DNA from: Candidatus Omnitrophota bacterium
GTDB taxonomy: Bacteria > Omnitrophota > Gorgyraeia > Duberdicusellales > 4484-171
Length of the DNA stretch: 64,000 bases
Assembly: GCA_043820815.1 (NCBI GenBank)
Contig: JBDRDJ010000012.1
Location: 41,952-105,951 of the forward strand
Direction: 5' to 3'
The notes below the pieces were generated by a model that searched no databases, was not told the DNA's origin, and saw only the letters and a program-made list of their open reading frames with translations. The position numbers and the translations under genes were made by a program. Below, in pieces: positions 8,806-18,045 of this stretch (its first letter is position 1; each line of letters opens with the position of its first letter).

Positions 8806-9249
8806 ATGAAAGTAATAGTAATCAAGGAAGACGTAAAAATCGGAAAATTTGCCCAGACCGTTGAAGTAAAGGACGGTTATGCTCGGAATTTTCTTATTCC
8901 CCACGGCATTGCATTAGCGGCGACAAAAGAGAATATTAAAAAGCTTGATCAAATACGCAGGCAAAAACGTAAGAGTGAAGATGGCTTGAAACAGGAGTGT
9001 TTTGAATTAAAACATGAAATTGAAAAGATATCCTTGACGGTTACTGCCGAGGCCAAAGAGGACGAAGAGATTTACGGTTCTTTGCAGGAAGCCCAGATTC
9101 TAAAACTCTTAAGAGATGAGGGTATCGAATTAGGTAAAGGCAAGATGGATTTAAAGGAGCCCATTCGCAAATTAGGCGTCTATAATATAAGAGTTCAATT
9201 GCATCCAGAAGTTGAAGCTTCCTTGCGCGTATGGGTAGTGAAGAAGTAA
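8806..9249 (+). CDS. rplI: 50S ribosomal protein L9
   Basis: MKVIVIKEDVKIGKFAQTVEVKDGYARNFLIPHGIA N-terminus. The ORF opens at 8776, but L9 proteins start at the MKVI motif. Confidence 0.9.
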   Translation: MKVIVIKEDVKIGKFAQTVEVKDGYARNFLIPHGIALAATKENIKKLDQIRRQKRKSEDGLKQECFELKHEIEKISLTVTAEAKEDEEIYGSLQEAQILKLLRDEGIELGKGKMDLKEPIRKLGVYNIRVQLHPEVEASLRVWVVKK

Positions 9250-10607
9250 TGAGCACGACCGTATCCTCCCATAAACAGGGATTGGATAAACTGCCTCCTC
9301 AGAATATTGAAGCCGAGATGGCTACTTTAGGGAGTATGATCCTTGATGAGGACAGCATACCCGAGGTGCTTGAGTTTATCGGGCAGGATTTTTTTTATAA
9401 AGAAGAGCACAGGAATATTTTTGAAAGTATAGTTAACCTTTTCGACAACCGCAAGAAAGTTGACATACTTACCGTATCTGAAGAACTGTCAAAAAGGAAG
9501 CTGCTTGAAAAGGCAGGCGGAGCCGCATATCTTACTACCTTGGCTGATTTTGTTCCTACATCTGCTAATGCTCCCCATTATGCCCGTATCGTTAAAGAGA
9601 AATATATTTTACGTACCCTTGTAAGCAATGCCACCCGCATTGTTTCATTAGTGTATAAAGGCGAGGAAGACGTGGTTAGTATTCTTGATAAATCGGAGAA
9701 GTTGATCTTTGAGATCAGCGACCGAAGGGTAGAGGGAAGCTATGTCCATATAAAAGATATAATCAAAGACGGAATCGAGCTGATCGAGTCTCTTTACCAT
9801 AAAAAATCTCATGTAACCGGTATACCTGTGGGATTTCGTGATTTTGATATAAAGACGGCAGGTTTACAAAAAGGCGATTTGATTATTGTCGCCGGCAGGC
9901 CTTCTATGGGAAAGAGTGCCTTTATAATTTCTATAGCCGAACACGTTGCAGTTGAAGAAAATATACCGGTTGCAATATTCAGTTTAGAGATGTCAAAAGA
10001 ACAATTGATGCAAAGGTTTCTTTGTTCTCAGGCTAGAGTCGATATACATAAGCTCAGGACGGGATTTCTGGCCCCTTCAGAATGGCCGCTGTTAACAAGT
10101 GCAGCGGGCCGTCTTTCGGAGTCGCCCATTTACATAGATGACTCGCCGGCTATGAATGTCTTTGAGCTTAGAGCAAAGGCCCGGCGCCTTAAGGCTCATA
10201 GGAACATACAACTTCTCTTGGTTGACTATCTACAGCTGCTGCGGGGTGCCAGCCGCAGTGAAAGCCGGCAGCAGGAAATATCGGAAATTTCCCAGAGGCT
10301 AAAATCTCTTGCAAAGGAATTGAACATTCCTGTTATTGCTGTAAGCCAGCTTTCACGCGCAGTTGAATCCAGAGAAGGCCACAGGCCTAAGCTTTCAGAT
10401 TTACGTGAGTCAGGTGCTATTGAACAAGATGCAGATTTAGTTGTTCTTCTTTTCCGTGAAGAGTATTACAATCCTAACGATCAGAACAAAGGTATTGCCG
10501 AAGCAATTATTGCCAAGCAGCGCAACGGCCCCGTAGGCACAGTTCAACTTACCTTCTTAAAGGAGTATATGAAATTCGGGGACTTGTCCAGGCAGTCAGA
10601 GGATTGA
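9249..10607 (+). CDS. dnaB: Replicative DNA helicase DnaB
   Basis: PPQNIEAEMATLGSMI N-terminal motif, Walker A GRPSMGKSAF, Walker B LLLVDYLQLL, and SRAVESR/RESGAIEQDAD motifs. TAATG overlap with the rplI stop. Alternative start 9231. Confidence 0.95.
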   Translation: MSTTVSSHKQGLDKLPPQNIEAEMATLGSMILDEDSIPEVLEFIGQDFFYKEEHRNIFESIVNLFDNRKKVDILTVSEELSKRKLLEKAGGAAYLTTLADFVPTSANAPHYARIVKEKYILRTLVSNATRIVSLVYKGEEDVVSILDKSEKLIFEISDRRVEGSYVHIKDIIKDGIELIESLYHKKSHVTGIPVGFRDFDIKTAGLQKGDLIIVAGRPSMGKSAFIISIAEHVAVEENIPVAIFSLEMSKEQLMQRFLCSQARVDIHKLRTGFLAPSEWPLLTSAAGRLSESPIYIDDSPAMNVFELRAKARRLKAHRNIQLLLVDYLQLLRGASRSESRQQEISEISQRLKSLAKELNIPVIAVSQLSRAVESREGHRPKLSDLRESGAIEQDADLVVLLFREEYYNPNDQNKGIAEAIIAKQRNGPVGTVQLTFLKEYMKFGDLSRQSED

Positions 10608-10639
10608 CTTATACAGTGATTAAGGTTAAAATAGTTACC

Positions 10640-12913
10640 ATGAAAAGAATATTATTTATTTCATTGTTAGCGTTATTAATTTTACCTTCAGCTTTTTCTG
10701 AAAGTACAATATGTCGTATTGCTTTTGATGGCAACCGTATCATAAGCGACGCTACAGTCCTTTCTAAAATAAAAATTCGTGCCGGACAGGCGTATAATGA
10801 CAATATTGTAAATGAAGACATAAAATCTCTTATTGCGACAGGTTTTTTTGAGGATGTTGAGGTTGAACGTGATTTTGTACCTGAGGGGGCGGTAATAAAA
10901 TTCAAGCTCCGTGAGAAACCGCTGCTTAAGAAGGTTACTATAGAAGGAGCGCGCCGCATAAGAAGGCAGAAGATAGAAAAGGAGATAAGCCTTAAAGACG
11001 GTTCGTTTGTGGATGATTATGCTTTGAGTGATGCCGCTAATAAAATCCGTGATCTTTACAGAGACAAAGGGTTTACCCAAGCAAGTGTTTCCCATAGCAT
11101 GATTGTTTTAGACAGCCAAAAGAATGAAGTAGAGGTTAAATTTATTATTGAGGAAAGAGCTGTTTTAAAGGTCCGTGGTGTTGATATTGCAGGAATCAAC
11201 AGTATATCACCGAGGCGCATAAAACGCCTTATGAAGGTAAAGAAGAAATGGCTTTTTAATAGGGGGGTTTTTAACGAAAGCAGCCTTAGCGACGATGTAA
11301 AGCGCATTACCGATTTCTATCGACAAAAAGGGTTTGCTGATGTAAAAGTGAATACAGATATCCGTTATGATGAAAAGGGGGTATTCGTAACTGTAAAGAT
11401 TAACGAAGGTGAAGTTTACCATATAGGTTCGATTATTATTGAAGGTAACCGCGATATTGAACTTGATGAGTTAATAAGCGAGATCCAGCTTAAGGAAGGG
11501 GATATCTTTAGCCACGACAGCGTATATCAAGTTTCTTCTAAGCTGCGGGAAATTTATTTCAACAGGGGATACATCTTTTCTGCGGTAGACCCGATAAGTT
11601 CTTTTAATGAAGAGACCAATAAGGTTGATGTGGCCTATAAGATTGTTGAGAATAATGTTGCTCATATCGCCAGGGTAAATATAACCGGTAACGCAAGGAC
11701 TAAAGATGAAGTTATACGCAGAGAGCTCCGCGTGTATCCTAATGAGCGCTTTGACGGTGCGAAAGTTAAAAAGAGCAAAGAAAGGCTCGATAACCTTGAT
11801 TTTTTCGAAGAGGTAAGAATTGGTGCCGGGCCGAGTTCTGAACCTGACTGGGTAGATTTAAATATCGATGTTAAGGAAGCAAGGACCGGCCACTTTAGTT
11901 TTGGCGGCGGGTATAGTTCAGTTGATGAGCTTGTTGGTTTTGTAGAAGTAAGGCAGCGTAATTTCGACTATAAAAATTTATCTACCTTTACGGGTGCGGG
12001 ACAGGACTTAAGTGCTTATTTTAGTATGGGTACGGTGACCCAGCAGCTCCAGTTAAGTTTTACTAACCCCTGGATTTTTGACAGGCCTATTTCTTTTGGT
12101 TTCGATGCGTATAAAAAAGGCCACCAGCGCGAAGAAGATGTTGGCTATGGCTATGAGAAAGATATAAGAGGGGGCGTGTTGCGTTTAGGCAGAGAGTTTA
12201 GCGATAGATTAAAAGGCGGGATCGGCTATAGGCTCGAAACTGTTACTATAGGAGATGTTATTGATACGGCAAGTGATGAACTAAAGAGCGAAGTCGGAAG
12301 AAATGATTTAAGCAGCTTAGAGACAAATTTAGCTTTTGATACCCGTGATAATGTATTTTCACCTACAAAAGGTATTTATTTCTACAATTTTCTTAAATTT
12401 ACAGGCGGCCCATTGGCAGGAGACAAAGATTACTTCAAATATATAGCCAGATTAAGCCATTATATCCTAGCCGTTAACCAATCAGTGTTAGAATTTAGAG
12501 TGAGAGGAGGAATCGCTGACCCCTTCTCAAGTACTGAAAAAATCCCTATTTATGACAGGTTTTTTGCCGGAGGCGCCGATACCATTAGAGGATACAATGA
12601 GAGAAAAGTCGGCCCCATTGATCCAGTGACAGAAGACCCCATAGGAGGAGAAGCTCTTTTTGTCGGGAACATCGAGTTTACATACCCGGTGGCTGATTTT
12701 GTAAAAGCGGCGGTATTCTTTGATACCGGTAACGTATGGAAAGATAAGAGTGATTTTTTTCAAGGCGGTTTTAAATCAAGTATAGGTTTGGGCTTAAGGG
12801 TTAAAACACCGGTTGGCCCCGTAAGCATTGATTACGGATGGCCGTTGAATACTGAGCCCGGCGAAGAGGAAAAGGGAGGCAAATTGCATTTTAGTGTAAG
12901 CAGAGGTTTCTAG
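10640..12913 (+). CDS. bamA: Outer membrane protein assembly factor BamA
   Basis: Signal peptide MKRILFISLLALLILPSAFS, POTRA-type repeats, a C-terminal beta-barrel and terminal F (SVSRGF). The ORF opens at 10604. Confidence 0.9.
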   Translation: MKRILFISLLALLILPSAFSESTICRIAFDGNRIISDATVLSKIKIRAGQAYNDNIVNEDIKSLIATGFFEDVEVERDFVPEGAVIKFKLREKPLLKKVTIEGARRIRRQKIEKEISLKDGSFVDDYALSDAANKIRDLYRDKGFTQASVSHSMIVLDSQKNEVEVKFIIEERAVLKVRGVDIAGINSISPRRIKRLMKVKKKWLFNRGVFNESSLSDDVKRITDFYRQKGFADVKVNTDIRYDEKGVFVTVKINEGEVYHIGSIIIEGNRDIELDELISEIQLKEGDIFSHDSVYQVSSKLREIYFNRGYIFSAVDPISSFNEETNKVDVAYKIVENNVAHIARVNITGNARTKDEVIRRELRVYPNERFDGAKVKKSKERLDNLDFFEEVRIGAGPSSEPDWVDLNIDVKEARTGHFSFGGGYSSVDELVGFVEVRQRNFDYKNLSTFTGAGQDLSAYFSMGTVTQQLQLSFTNPWIFDRPISFGFDAYKKGHQREEDVGYGYEKDIRGGVLRLGREFSDRLKGGIGYRLETVTIGDVIDTASDELKSEVGRNDLSSLETNLAFDTRDNVFSPTKGIYFYNFLKFTGGPLAGDKDYFKYIARLSHYILAVNQSVLEFRVRGGIADPFSSTEKIPIYDRFFAGGADTIRGYNERKVGPIDPVTEDPIGGEALFVGNIEFTYPVADFVKAAVFFDTGNVWKDKSDFFQGGFKSSIGLGLRVKTPVGPVSIDYGWPLNTEPGEEEKGGKLHFSVSRGF

Positions 12914-12986
12914 CGTAATTAGAATTCCTGCTTTTATGTTTTAAATTATCATTTAGCATGTGCCAACAGAGAAAAGGAGGAGCGGT

Positions 12987-13535
12987 ATGAGAAAAAGAGT
13001 TGCATCATTTATTTTGATTTCCGGTTTACTGTTTTTGTTTTTGTCAGTGTCATTCGCAGAGGATTTAAAAATCGTAATCGTTGATTTCCTTGAAGTTTTT
13101 AATGAATACGAGAAGACAAAACAGTATGATCAGGATTTAGAGAAGAAAAAAAGCGCCAGAGAAAAAGAACTGGAAGCAAAAAGAGAAGAAATAGAAAATA
13201 TGCAGAATAAGTTAAGCCTGCTTAAAGAAAATGAACAGGAAAAAGAGAAAGCAAATATAGCCGAAGCCGTTAAATCGTTTAAAGATATGCAAAGAGAAAT
13301 GCTCGTTGATTTACAAAAAGAAAGAGATGAGAAAATGAAGTTGATAGTTTCGGACATCGAAAAGACAATTGGTGATTACGCTAAGAAAAATGAATACGAT
13401 CTTGTTGTTAGCAAGAATGCCGTTTTATACTCAAAAGAAACAATGGATATAACTTCTAAGATTTTAAATATTGTGAACAGCAAACATGATAAAATCAGTA
13501 AAACTACAATAGAGAAGAAAACAAAGAAAAAGTAG
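12987..13535 (+). CDS. skp: Periplasmic chaperone Skp (OmpH family)
   Basis: Signal peptide then a long Lys/Glu coiled coil. AGGAGG SD before ATG 12987. Position between bamA and lpxD. Confidence 0.75.
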   Translation: MRKRVASFILISGLLFLFLSVSFAEDLKIVIVDFLEVFNEYEKTKQYDQDLEKKKSAREKELEAKREEIENMQNKLSLLKENEQEKEKANIAEAVKSFKDMQREMLVDLQKERDEKMKLIVSDIEKTIGDYAKKNEYDLVVSKNAVLYSKETMDITSKILNIVNSKHDKISKTTIEKKTKKK

Positions 13536-13624
13536 TTTTACTGATAGATGTGTCTCAAGGCAGATTTGACCCTTAATTTAGATAAAATAATTCTGTCTTT
13601 ATTTGAGAAGGAAGCTTAAAGGCC

Positions 13625-14689
13625 GTGAAGTTAATATTAGGTGAAATCGCTAAGCTGGTTAACGGGGAATTATTCGGTGAAGCAAATATTGTTATTACCG
13701 GGATTTCAGGTATTAACGAAGCAAAGAAAGGGGATATTACTTTCTTAGCAAATTCTAAATATGCTTCGTTGATGCAAATAACGAAAGCCGCGGCAATAAT
13801 AGTTTCTCGTGACGTTGATTATTTTGATAAACCTATTATTAAAACGGACGATCCTTCTTTGGCTTTTACTAAAGTTGTTAATATTGTTGCCCCAAATAAC
13901 ATAAAGCATCCTAAGGGGATTCACCCAACGGCTATAATATCCGATAAGGCTAAGATCGCTGACGGTGTTTCAATCGGTGCTTACACTATTATAGAGGAAA
14001 GCTCGACAATCGGCAGCGGTACTGTGATTTACGGAGGCTGCTTTATCGGGCATCATGTTAATATCGGTAAGGGCTGCCTTATCTATCCCCATGTTTCTAT
14101 CAGAGAGCGGATAGATATCGGAAATAGAGTAATCATCCATTCAGGTGCGGTTATAGGAAGCGACGGGTTTGGTTTTGCTGCTGTTAAGGGAGCTCAGGAA
14201 AAAATACCTCAAATAGGCACTGTGTCAATTGAGGATGATGTTGAAATTGGAGCCAACGTCACCATAGACAGGGCAAGATTTGACAAGACAGTAATAGGCA
14301 AAGGAACAAAAATAGATAATCTTGTTCAAATAGCGCACAATGTCGTAGTGGGAGAAAACTGTATAATTGTTGCTCAAACAGGTGTTTCGGGAAGCACTGT
14401 TTTAGGTAAGGGCGTAATTCTGGCCGGCCAATCGGGCGTTGCTGGCCATATTACCATAGGCGATGGGGCAATAGTAGCCGCCCGGGCAGGGGTTACAAAA
14501 TCAGTGCCTTCTAAATTTAAAGTTTCAGGCTTTCCGGCAAAGCCGCATAGTGTTGCTAAAAGGGTAAATGCCTGTGTGCAGAGGCTGCCTGAGGCATACA
14601 AGCGCATTCATCAACTTGAAGAAAAAATAAAAATGCTTGAGAAGCAAGTTAAAGGAGATAGCCTAAATGGAGATGCAAAGGACAATTAA
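13625..14689 (+). CDS. lpxD: UDP-3-O-acylglucosamine N-acyltransferase
   Basis: N-terminal ITFLANSKY motif followed by an extended hexapeptide-repeat beta-helix. GTG start. Confidence 0.9.
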   Translation: MKLILGEIAKLVNGELFGEANIVITGISGINEAKKGDITFLANSKYASLMQITKAAAIIVSRDVDYFDKPIIKTDDPSLAFTKVVNIVAPNNIKHPKGIHPTAIISDKAKIADGVSIGAYTIIEESSTIGSGTVIYGGCFIGHHVNIGKGCLIYPHVSIRERIDIGNRVIIHSGAVIGSDGFGFAAVKGAQEKIPQIGTVSIEDDVEIGANVTIDRARFDKTVIGKGTKIDNLVQIAHNVVVGENCIIVAQTGVSGSTVLGKGVILAGQSGVAGHITIGDGAIVAARAGVTKSVPSKFKVSGFPAKPHSVAKRVNACVQRLPEAYKRIHQLEEKIKMLEKQVKGDSLNGDAKDN

Positions 14690-15977
14690 GAAAAAAATAA
14701 AATTTGAGGGGATTGGGCTCCATACAGGTTTAAAAACTAAATTGGAAATCCTGCCTTCTTTCTGCAACAGCGGTGTTATTTTCTCAAGGAAAGATATTCC
14801 TTCAACTTTAATTAAGGCTGATTTTAATTCCGTGCTGGATTCGGGAAGGTACCCCCGGCGCACCTCTGTAGGAGCTAACGGCGTTTACGTCCACACCATC
14901 GAACATCTTATGGCGGCTTTTAACCTTTTGCGTATCGATAACGTTGAAGTTAATCTTTGGGGCGAGGAAATCCCTGGTTTAGACGGAAGCGCTAAGGGGT
15001 TTATCGAAGAGATGAGAAAAGCCGGGATTGTAGAACAAGGAACTCCGCGGAATTATTTATCCACAAAGGAACCCTTATGGGTTGAGGAAGGCCAGTCAAG
15101 TATAGTTATTCTGCCTTACCCCCATTTACGTGTGTCTTATTCTTTAAAATACGATGACCCTCTTGTCGGTTCAAGTTATCTGGATATAACGCTTAACGGT
15201 GAAATTAAGGATAATATTTATGAAGCGCGGACTTTTTGTCTCGAAGATGAAGTTAAGACGCTGATGGATATGGGGTTAGGTAAAGGTGCTAATTACGAGA
15301 ATACCCTCGTTGTTTCTGAGGGAGGGGTAATCGAGAACGAATTAAGGTTTCCTGATGAATTCGTCAAACATAAAGTTCTAGATTTAATCGGCGACCTTTA
15401 TCTCGCAGGGCCGCTTAAGGGCCATGTTATTGCCGTAAAAAGCGGCCACTCACTAAATATAAAACTGCTGACAAAATTACGCAAACATCAGCAAGAATTA
15501 AGGCGCGGCGGTGTCGGTTCTCAAGAATCTTTTGTGCCCAAAGACAATGAGCTTAGTATTGAGGAAATCATGAAGATTCTGCCTCACCGTTATCCGTTTC
15601 TTTTGGTCGATAAGATTGTGCATCTTGAAAAGGGCGAAAAAGCCATAGGTATCAAGAACGTTACTTTTAACGAACATTTCTTTCAGGGGCATTTTCCCAG
15701 CCGTCCGGTTATGCCGGGTGTGCTCATTATTGAAGCCATGGCTCAAATAGGAGGAGTGCTTATGCTTGCCTGCGAGGAGCATAGGGGAAAACTTGCCTAT
15801 TTTATGGCTGCCAACCATGTAAAATTCAGGAAAACAGTTTCTCCCGGCGACCAGCTTTTTATAGAAGTAATCAAAGGAAAAATAAGAAGTAGAACAGGCT
15901 CTGTCATCGCAAAAGCCCGCGTGCACGGGAAAGTCGTTGCCGAAGGCGAACTCATGTTTGCATTGGTCGACTCTTAG
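14667..15977 (+). CDS. lpxC: Bifunctional UDP-3-O-acyl-GlcNAc deacetylase / 3-hydroxyacyl-ACP dehydratase (LpxC-FabZ fusion)
   Basis: The N-terminal half ([26 protein letters not shown]) is LpxC. The C-terminal half ([36 protein letters not shown]) is FabZ. Confidence 0.9.
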   Translation: MEMQRTIKKKIKFEGIGLHTGLKTKLEILPSFCNSGVIFSRKDIPSTLIKADFNSVLDSGRYPRRTSVGANGVYVHTIEHLMAAFNLLRIDNVEVNLWGEEIPGLDGSAKGFIEEMRKAGIVEQGTPRNYLSTKEPLWVEEGQSSIVILPYPHLRVSYSLKYDDPLVGSSYLDITLNGEIKDNIYEARTFCLEDEVKTLMDMGLGKGANYENTLVVSEGGVIENELRFPDEFVKHKVLDLIGDLYLAGPLKGHVIAVKSGHSLNIKLLTKLRKHQQELRRGGVGSQESFVPKDNELSIEEIMKILPHRYPFLLVDKIVHLEKGEKAIGIKNVTFNEHFFQGHFPSRPVMPGVLIIEAMAQIGGVLMLACEEHRGKLAYFMAANHVKFRKTVSPGDQLFIEVIKGKIRSRTGSVIAKARVHGKVVAEGELMFALVDS

Positions 15978-15978
15978 G

Positions 15979-16058
15979 ACGCTGATATACGCTGAAAGCG
16001 GATTTACGCTGATTAGATTTCAGCGTAAATCAGTGCCGATATCAGCGTAATTCAGCGT
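15979..16058 (+). repeat. Nested word-hairpin: ACGCTGA x3 followed by TCAGCGT x3
   Basis: Perfect 12-bp inner stem GATTTACGCTGA (16001-16012) with TCAGCGTAAATC (16020-16031). Outer stem ACGCTGATAT (15979-15988) with ATATCAGCGT (16039-16048). A further TCAGCGT lies at 16052-16058. Confidence 0.75.
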
Positions 16059-16073
16059 AAAATAAGAAATACA

Positions 16074-16880
16074 ATGAGTGCAAATATCGATTCAAGGGCT
16101 ATCATAAACCCTAAGGCTCAAATAGGTAATGATGTCACAATCGGCCCCTATGCCGTAATCGCCGAGCACGTAAAAATAGGAAATTCATGTGTTATTGACT
16201 CTTTTGCCCAGGTGCTTGGATATACCGAAATAGGTAAGTCTTGTCATATTTTTCCCTATGCCGTTGTTGGTAATATTCCTCAGGATGCCAAATATAAGGG
16301 GGAGAGAAGTTTTCTTATAATAGGGGCCAATAATCGTATCCGCGAATTCGTAACCATTAATCCCGGCACAGAAAAGGACTCAAAAACCGTCATAGGCGAC
16401 GATAACCTTATTATGGCATATTCGCATGTAGCTCATGATTGTATAATAGGCAATGATAACATCTTGGCAAACGGCGCAACGTTAGCAGGCTATGTAGATG
16501 TTGGAAACAGGGTTGTCATTGGAGGGTTAGTTGCTGTGCATCAATTCTGCCGGCTGGGTAATTTTTCCATTGTCGGAGGCTGTTCTAAGGTAGTTCAGGA
16601 TATTCCGCCTTATTCTATGTGTGACGGCCACCCCGCTAAAGTCTGCGGCCTTAACTTAACCGGTTTAAAAAGAGCCGGCGTCCTGGCAGGTACCATAAAG
16701 GCTGTCAAAGAGGCTTACAAGACGCTCTTTTTTGACGAACATTCCTTAGGGGTTGCCAAAGAGATCGTTAGAAACAACTCACCTTCAATAAATGAGATTC
16801 AATATTTACTGAATTTCATTTCTTCATCTAAAAGAGGCATAAGTAAAACTCAAAAGCATAATAATGCAATTAGCGTATGA
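16074..16880 (+). CDS. lpxA: Acyl-ACP--UDP-N-acetylglucosamine O-acyltransferase
   Basis: 268 aa. Hexapeptide-repeat beta-helix plus a helical C-terminal domain. Position after lpxD and fabZ. Confidence 0.9.
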   Translation: MSANIDSRAIINPKAQIGNDVTIGPYAVIAEHVKIGNSCVIDSFAQVLGYTEIGKSCHIFPYAVVGNIPQDAKYKGERSFLIIGANNRIREFVTINPGTEKDSKTVIGDDNLIMAYSHVAHDCIIGNDNILANGATLAGYVDVGNRVVIGGLVAVHQFCRLGNFSIVGGCSKVVQDIPPYSMCDGHPAKVCGLNLTGLKRAGVLAGTIKAVKEAYKTLFFDEHSLGVAKEIVRNNSPSINEIQYLLNFISSSKRGISKTQKHNNAISV

Positions 16881-17689
16881 AGCTTGGTATTTTAGCCGGT
16901 AACCGCCTTCTTCCCATACTTCTTGCAAAGAATATTAAAGAAAAAGATAGCAGTTTCGAGTTAGTCGCTGTATGTTTTAAGGGGGAAACTTCAAAGGCCA
17001 TTGTGCGTTATGTAGACAGGGTGCGCTGGGTAAGCCCTGCTAATTTAGGCCAGCTGCGTCAGGCTATATGCGTTGAATCTTTAAACAAGTGGATAATGGC
17101 GGGCCAGGTTAACCCTTTAAGGATTTTTAACCCTAAATCCTTTGATGAGGAACTTAGTTCCCTGGTTAATACAATTTCGGATTTTCGCCCCCACAATATA
17201 TTTAGTGAAATTATCCGTTATCTTGAGCGCGACGGTGTTAAGTTCCTGGATTCTACTCTTTATATGAGAGAATTTCTGGCTGAAGGAGGAGTCTTAAATA
17301 ATGCGGAGATAGATGATAAGATATCTAAAGATATTGATTTTGGAGCCAGCTTAATAAGCCGTTTTGTTGAATTAGATGTAGGCCAAACCATTGTAATAAA
17401 AGAGAAAACAGCTGTTGCCCTTGAGGGCTTAGAGGGGACAGACAGAACTATCAAGAGGGCTTTTAAAATAGCCGGCTGCGGATTAACTGTGTTAAAATTT
17501 GCAAAGCATAATCAGGATGTACGTTTTGACGTGCCTGTTGTCGGCATGGCGACTTTAAATTTACTGAGAAAAATCAAAGCAAAGGCTATTGTGTTAGAGA
17601 AAGATAAGGTAATAATCCTGCAAAAAGATGAGTTTCTCTCAAGCGCCAGAAAATGGGGAATCGCTGTTGTGGGAAGGGAAAGGGTGTGA
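16877..17689 (+). CDS. lpxI: UDP-2,3-diacylglucosamine diphosphatase LpxI (DUF1009 family)
   Basis: MKLGILAGNRLLPILLA N-terminus and DVGQTIVIKEKTAVALEGLEGTDRTIKR match the LpxI pattern (D-x-GQ..V......AVEA.EGTD). ATGA overlap with lpxA. Confidence 0.8.
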   Translation: MKLGILAGNRLLPILLAKNIKEKDSSFELVAVCFKGETSKAIVRYVDRVRWVSPANLGQLRQAICVESLNKWIMAGQVNPLRIFNPKSFDEELSSLVNTISDFRPHNIFSEIIRYLERDGVKFLDSTLYMREFLAEGGVLNNAEIDDKISKDIDFGASLISRFVELDVGQTIVIKEKTAVALEGLEGTDRTIKRAFKIAGCGLTVLKFAKHNQDVRFDVPVVGMATLNLLRKIKAKAIVLEKDKVIILQKDEFLSSARKWGIAVVGRERV

Positions 17690-17718
17690 ACTTTCCGGTG
17701 TTTTTTACGTGAGTCGGG

Positions 17719-17768
17719 GTGACTTATGAAAATCTTCGATTTTCATAAGTCACCTGCTCATTGGAGGT
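17719..17768 (+). promoter_or_regulatory. Palindromic leader element, copy 1 (upstream of the small EF-like gene)
   Basis: Perfect 16-bp stem GTGACTTATGAAAATC (17719-17734) with GATTTTCATAAGTCAC (17738-17753) and a 3-nt loop. It is followed by CTGCTCATTGGAGG containing the SD. ATG at 17775. Confidence 0.65.
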
Positions 17769-17774
17769 TTTATC

Positions 17775-18029
17775 ATGGAGGAGAAAGAGATCGGAGTCGT
17801 GGCTCATTATTTCAGTAAGATTTGCGTAGGTATTATCCAGCTAAGCGATGTGTTGAAGATTGGCGATACAATTCATGTAAAAGGCGCTCATGACGATTTC
17901 AGCCAAATTATTGATTCCATACAGGTTGAGCATGAAAGCGTTAGCGAAGCAAAAAAAGGCGATGCGGCAGGGATAAAAGTGGCCCAGAAGGTGCATCCCA
18001 ACGATAAAGTGTTTAAAATCATCGAATAG
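17775..18029 (+). CDS. Small beta-barrel protein resembling translation elongation factor domain 2 (EF-like protein)
   Basis: 84 aa. The IGDTIHVKGAHDDFSQIIDSIQVEHESVSEAKKGDAAGIKV pattern resembles the EF-Tu domain-2 barrel. GGAGG SD. Confidence 0.5.
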   Translation: MEEKEIGVVAHYFSKICVGIIQLSDVLKIGDTIHVKGAHDDFSQIIDSIQVEHESVSEAKKGDAAGIKVAQKVHPNDKVFKIIE

Positions 18030-18045
18030 CTTTCTTAAATGACCT

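Noticed and set aside
10609-11665. Series of 64-135-aa minus-strand ORFs inside bamA
   Set aside because: They overlap a confidently identified gene on the opposite strand, have low-complexity hydrophobic/Ser-rich translations and lack SDs. They are typical antisense shadows in AT-rich coding DNA. The same reasoning applies to the other antisense ORFs in the track (for example 4593-5033, 5717-6121, 6587-7051, 15498-15926, 20207-21106, 31815-32201, 32918-33292, 33768-34223, 36118-36477 and 60281-60755).
15979-16058. Possibility that the word repeats here (and at 21133 and 47691) are CRISPR arrays
   Set aside because: The repeats are 7-15 nt, occur in both orientations, lack regular unique spacers of about 30 nt, and no cas genes are present.
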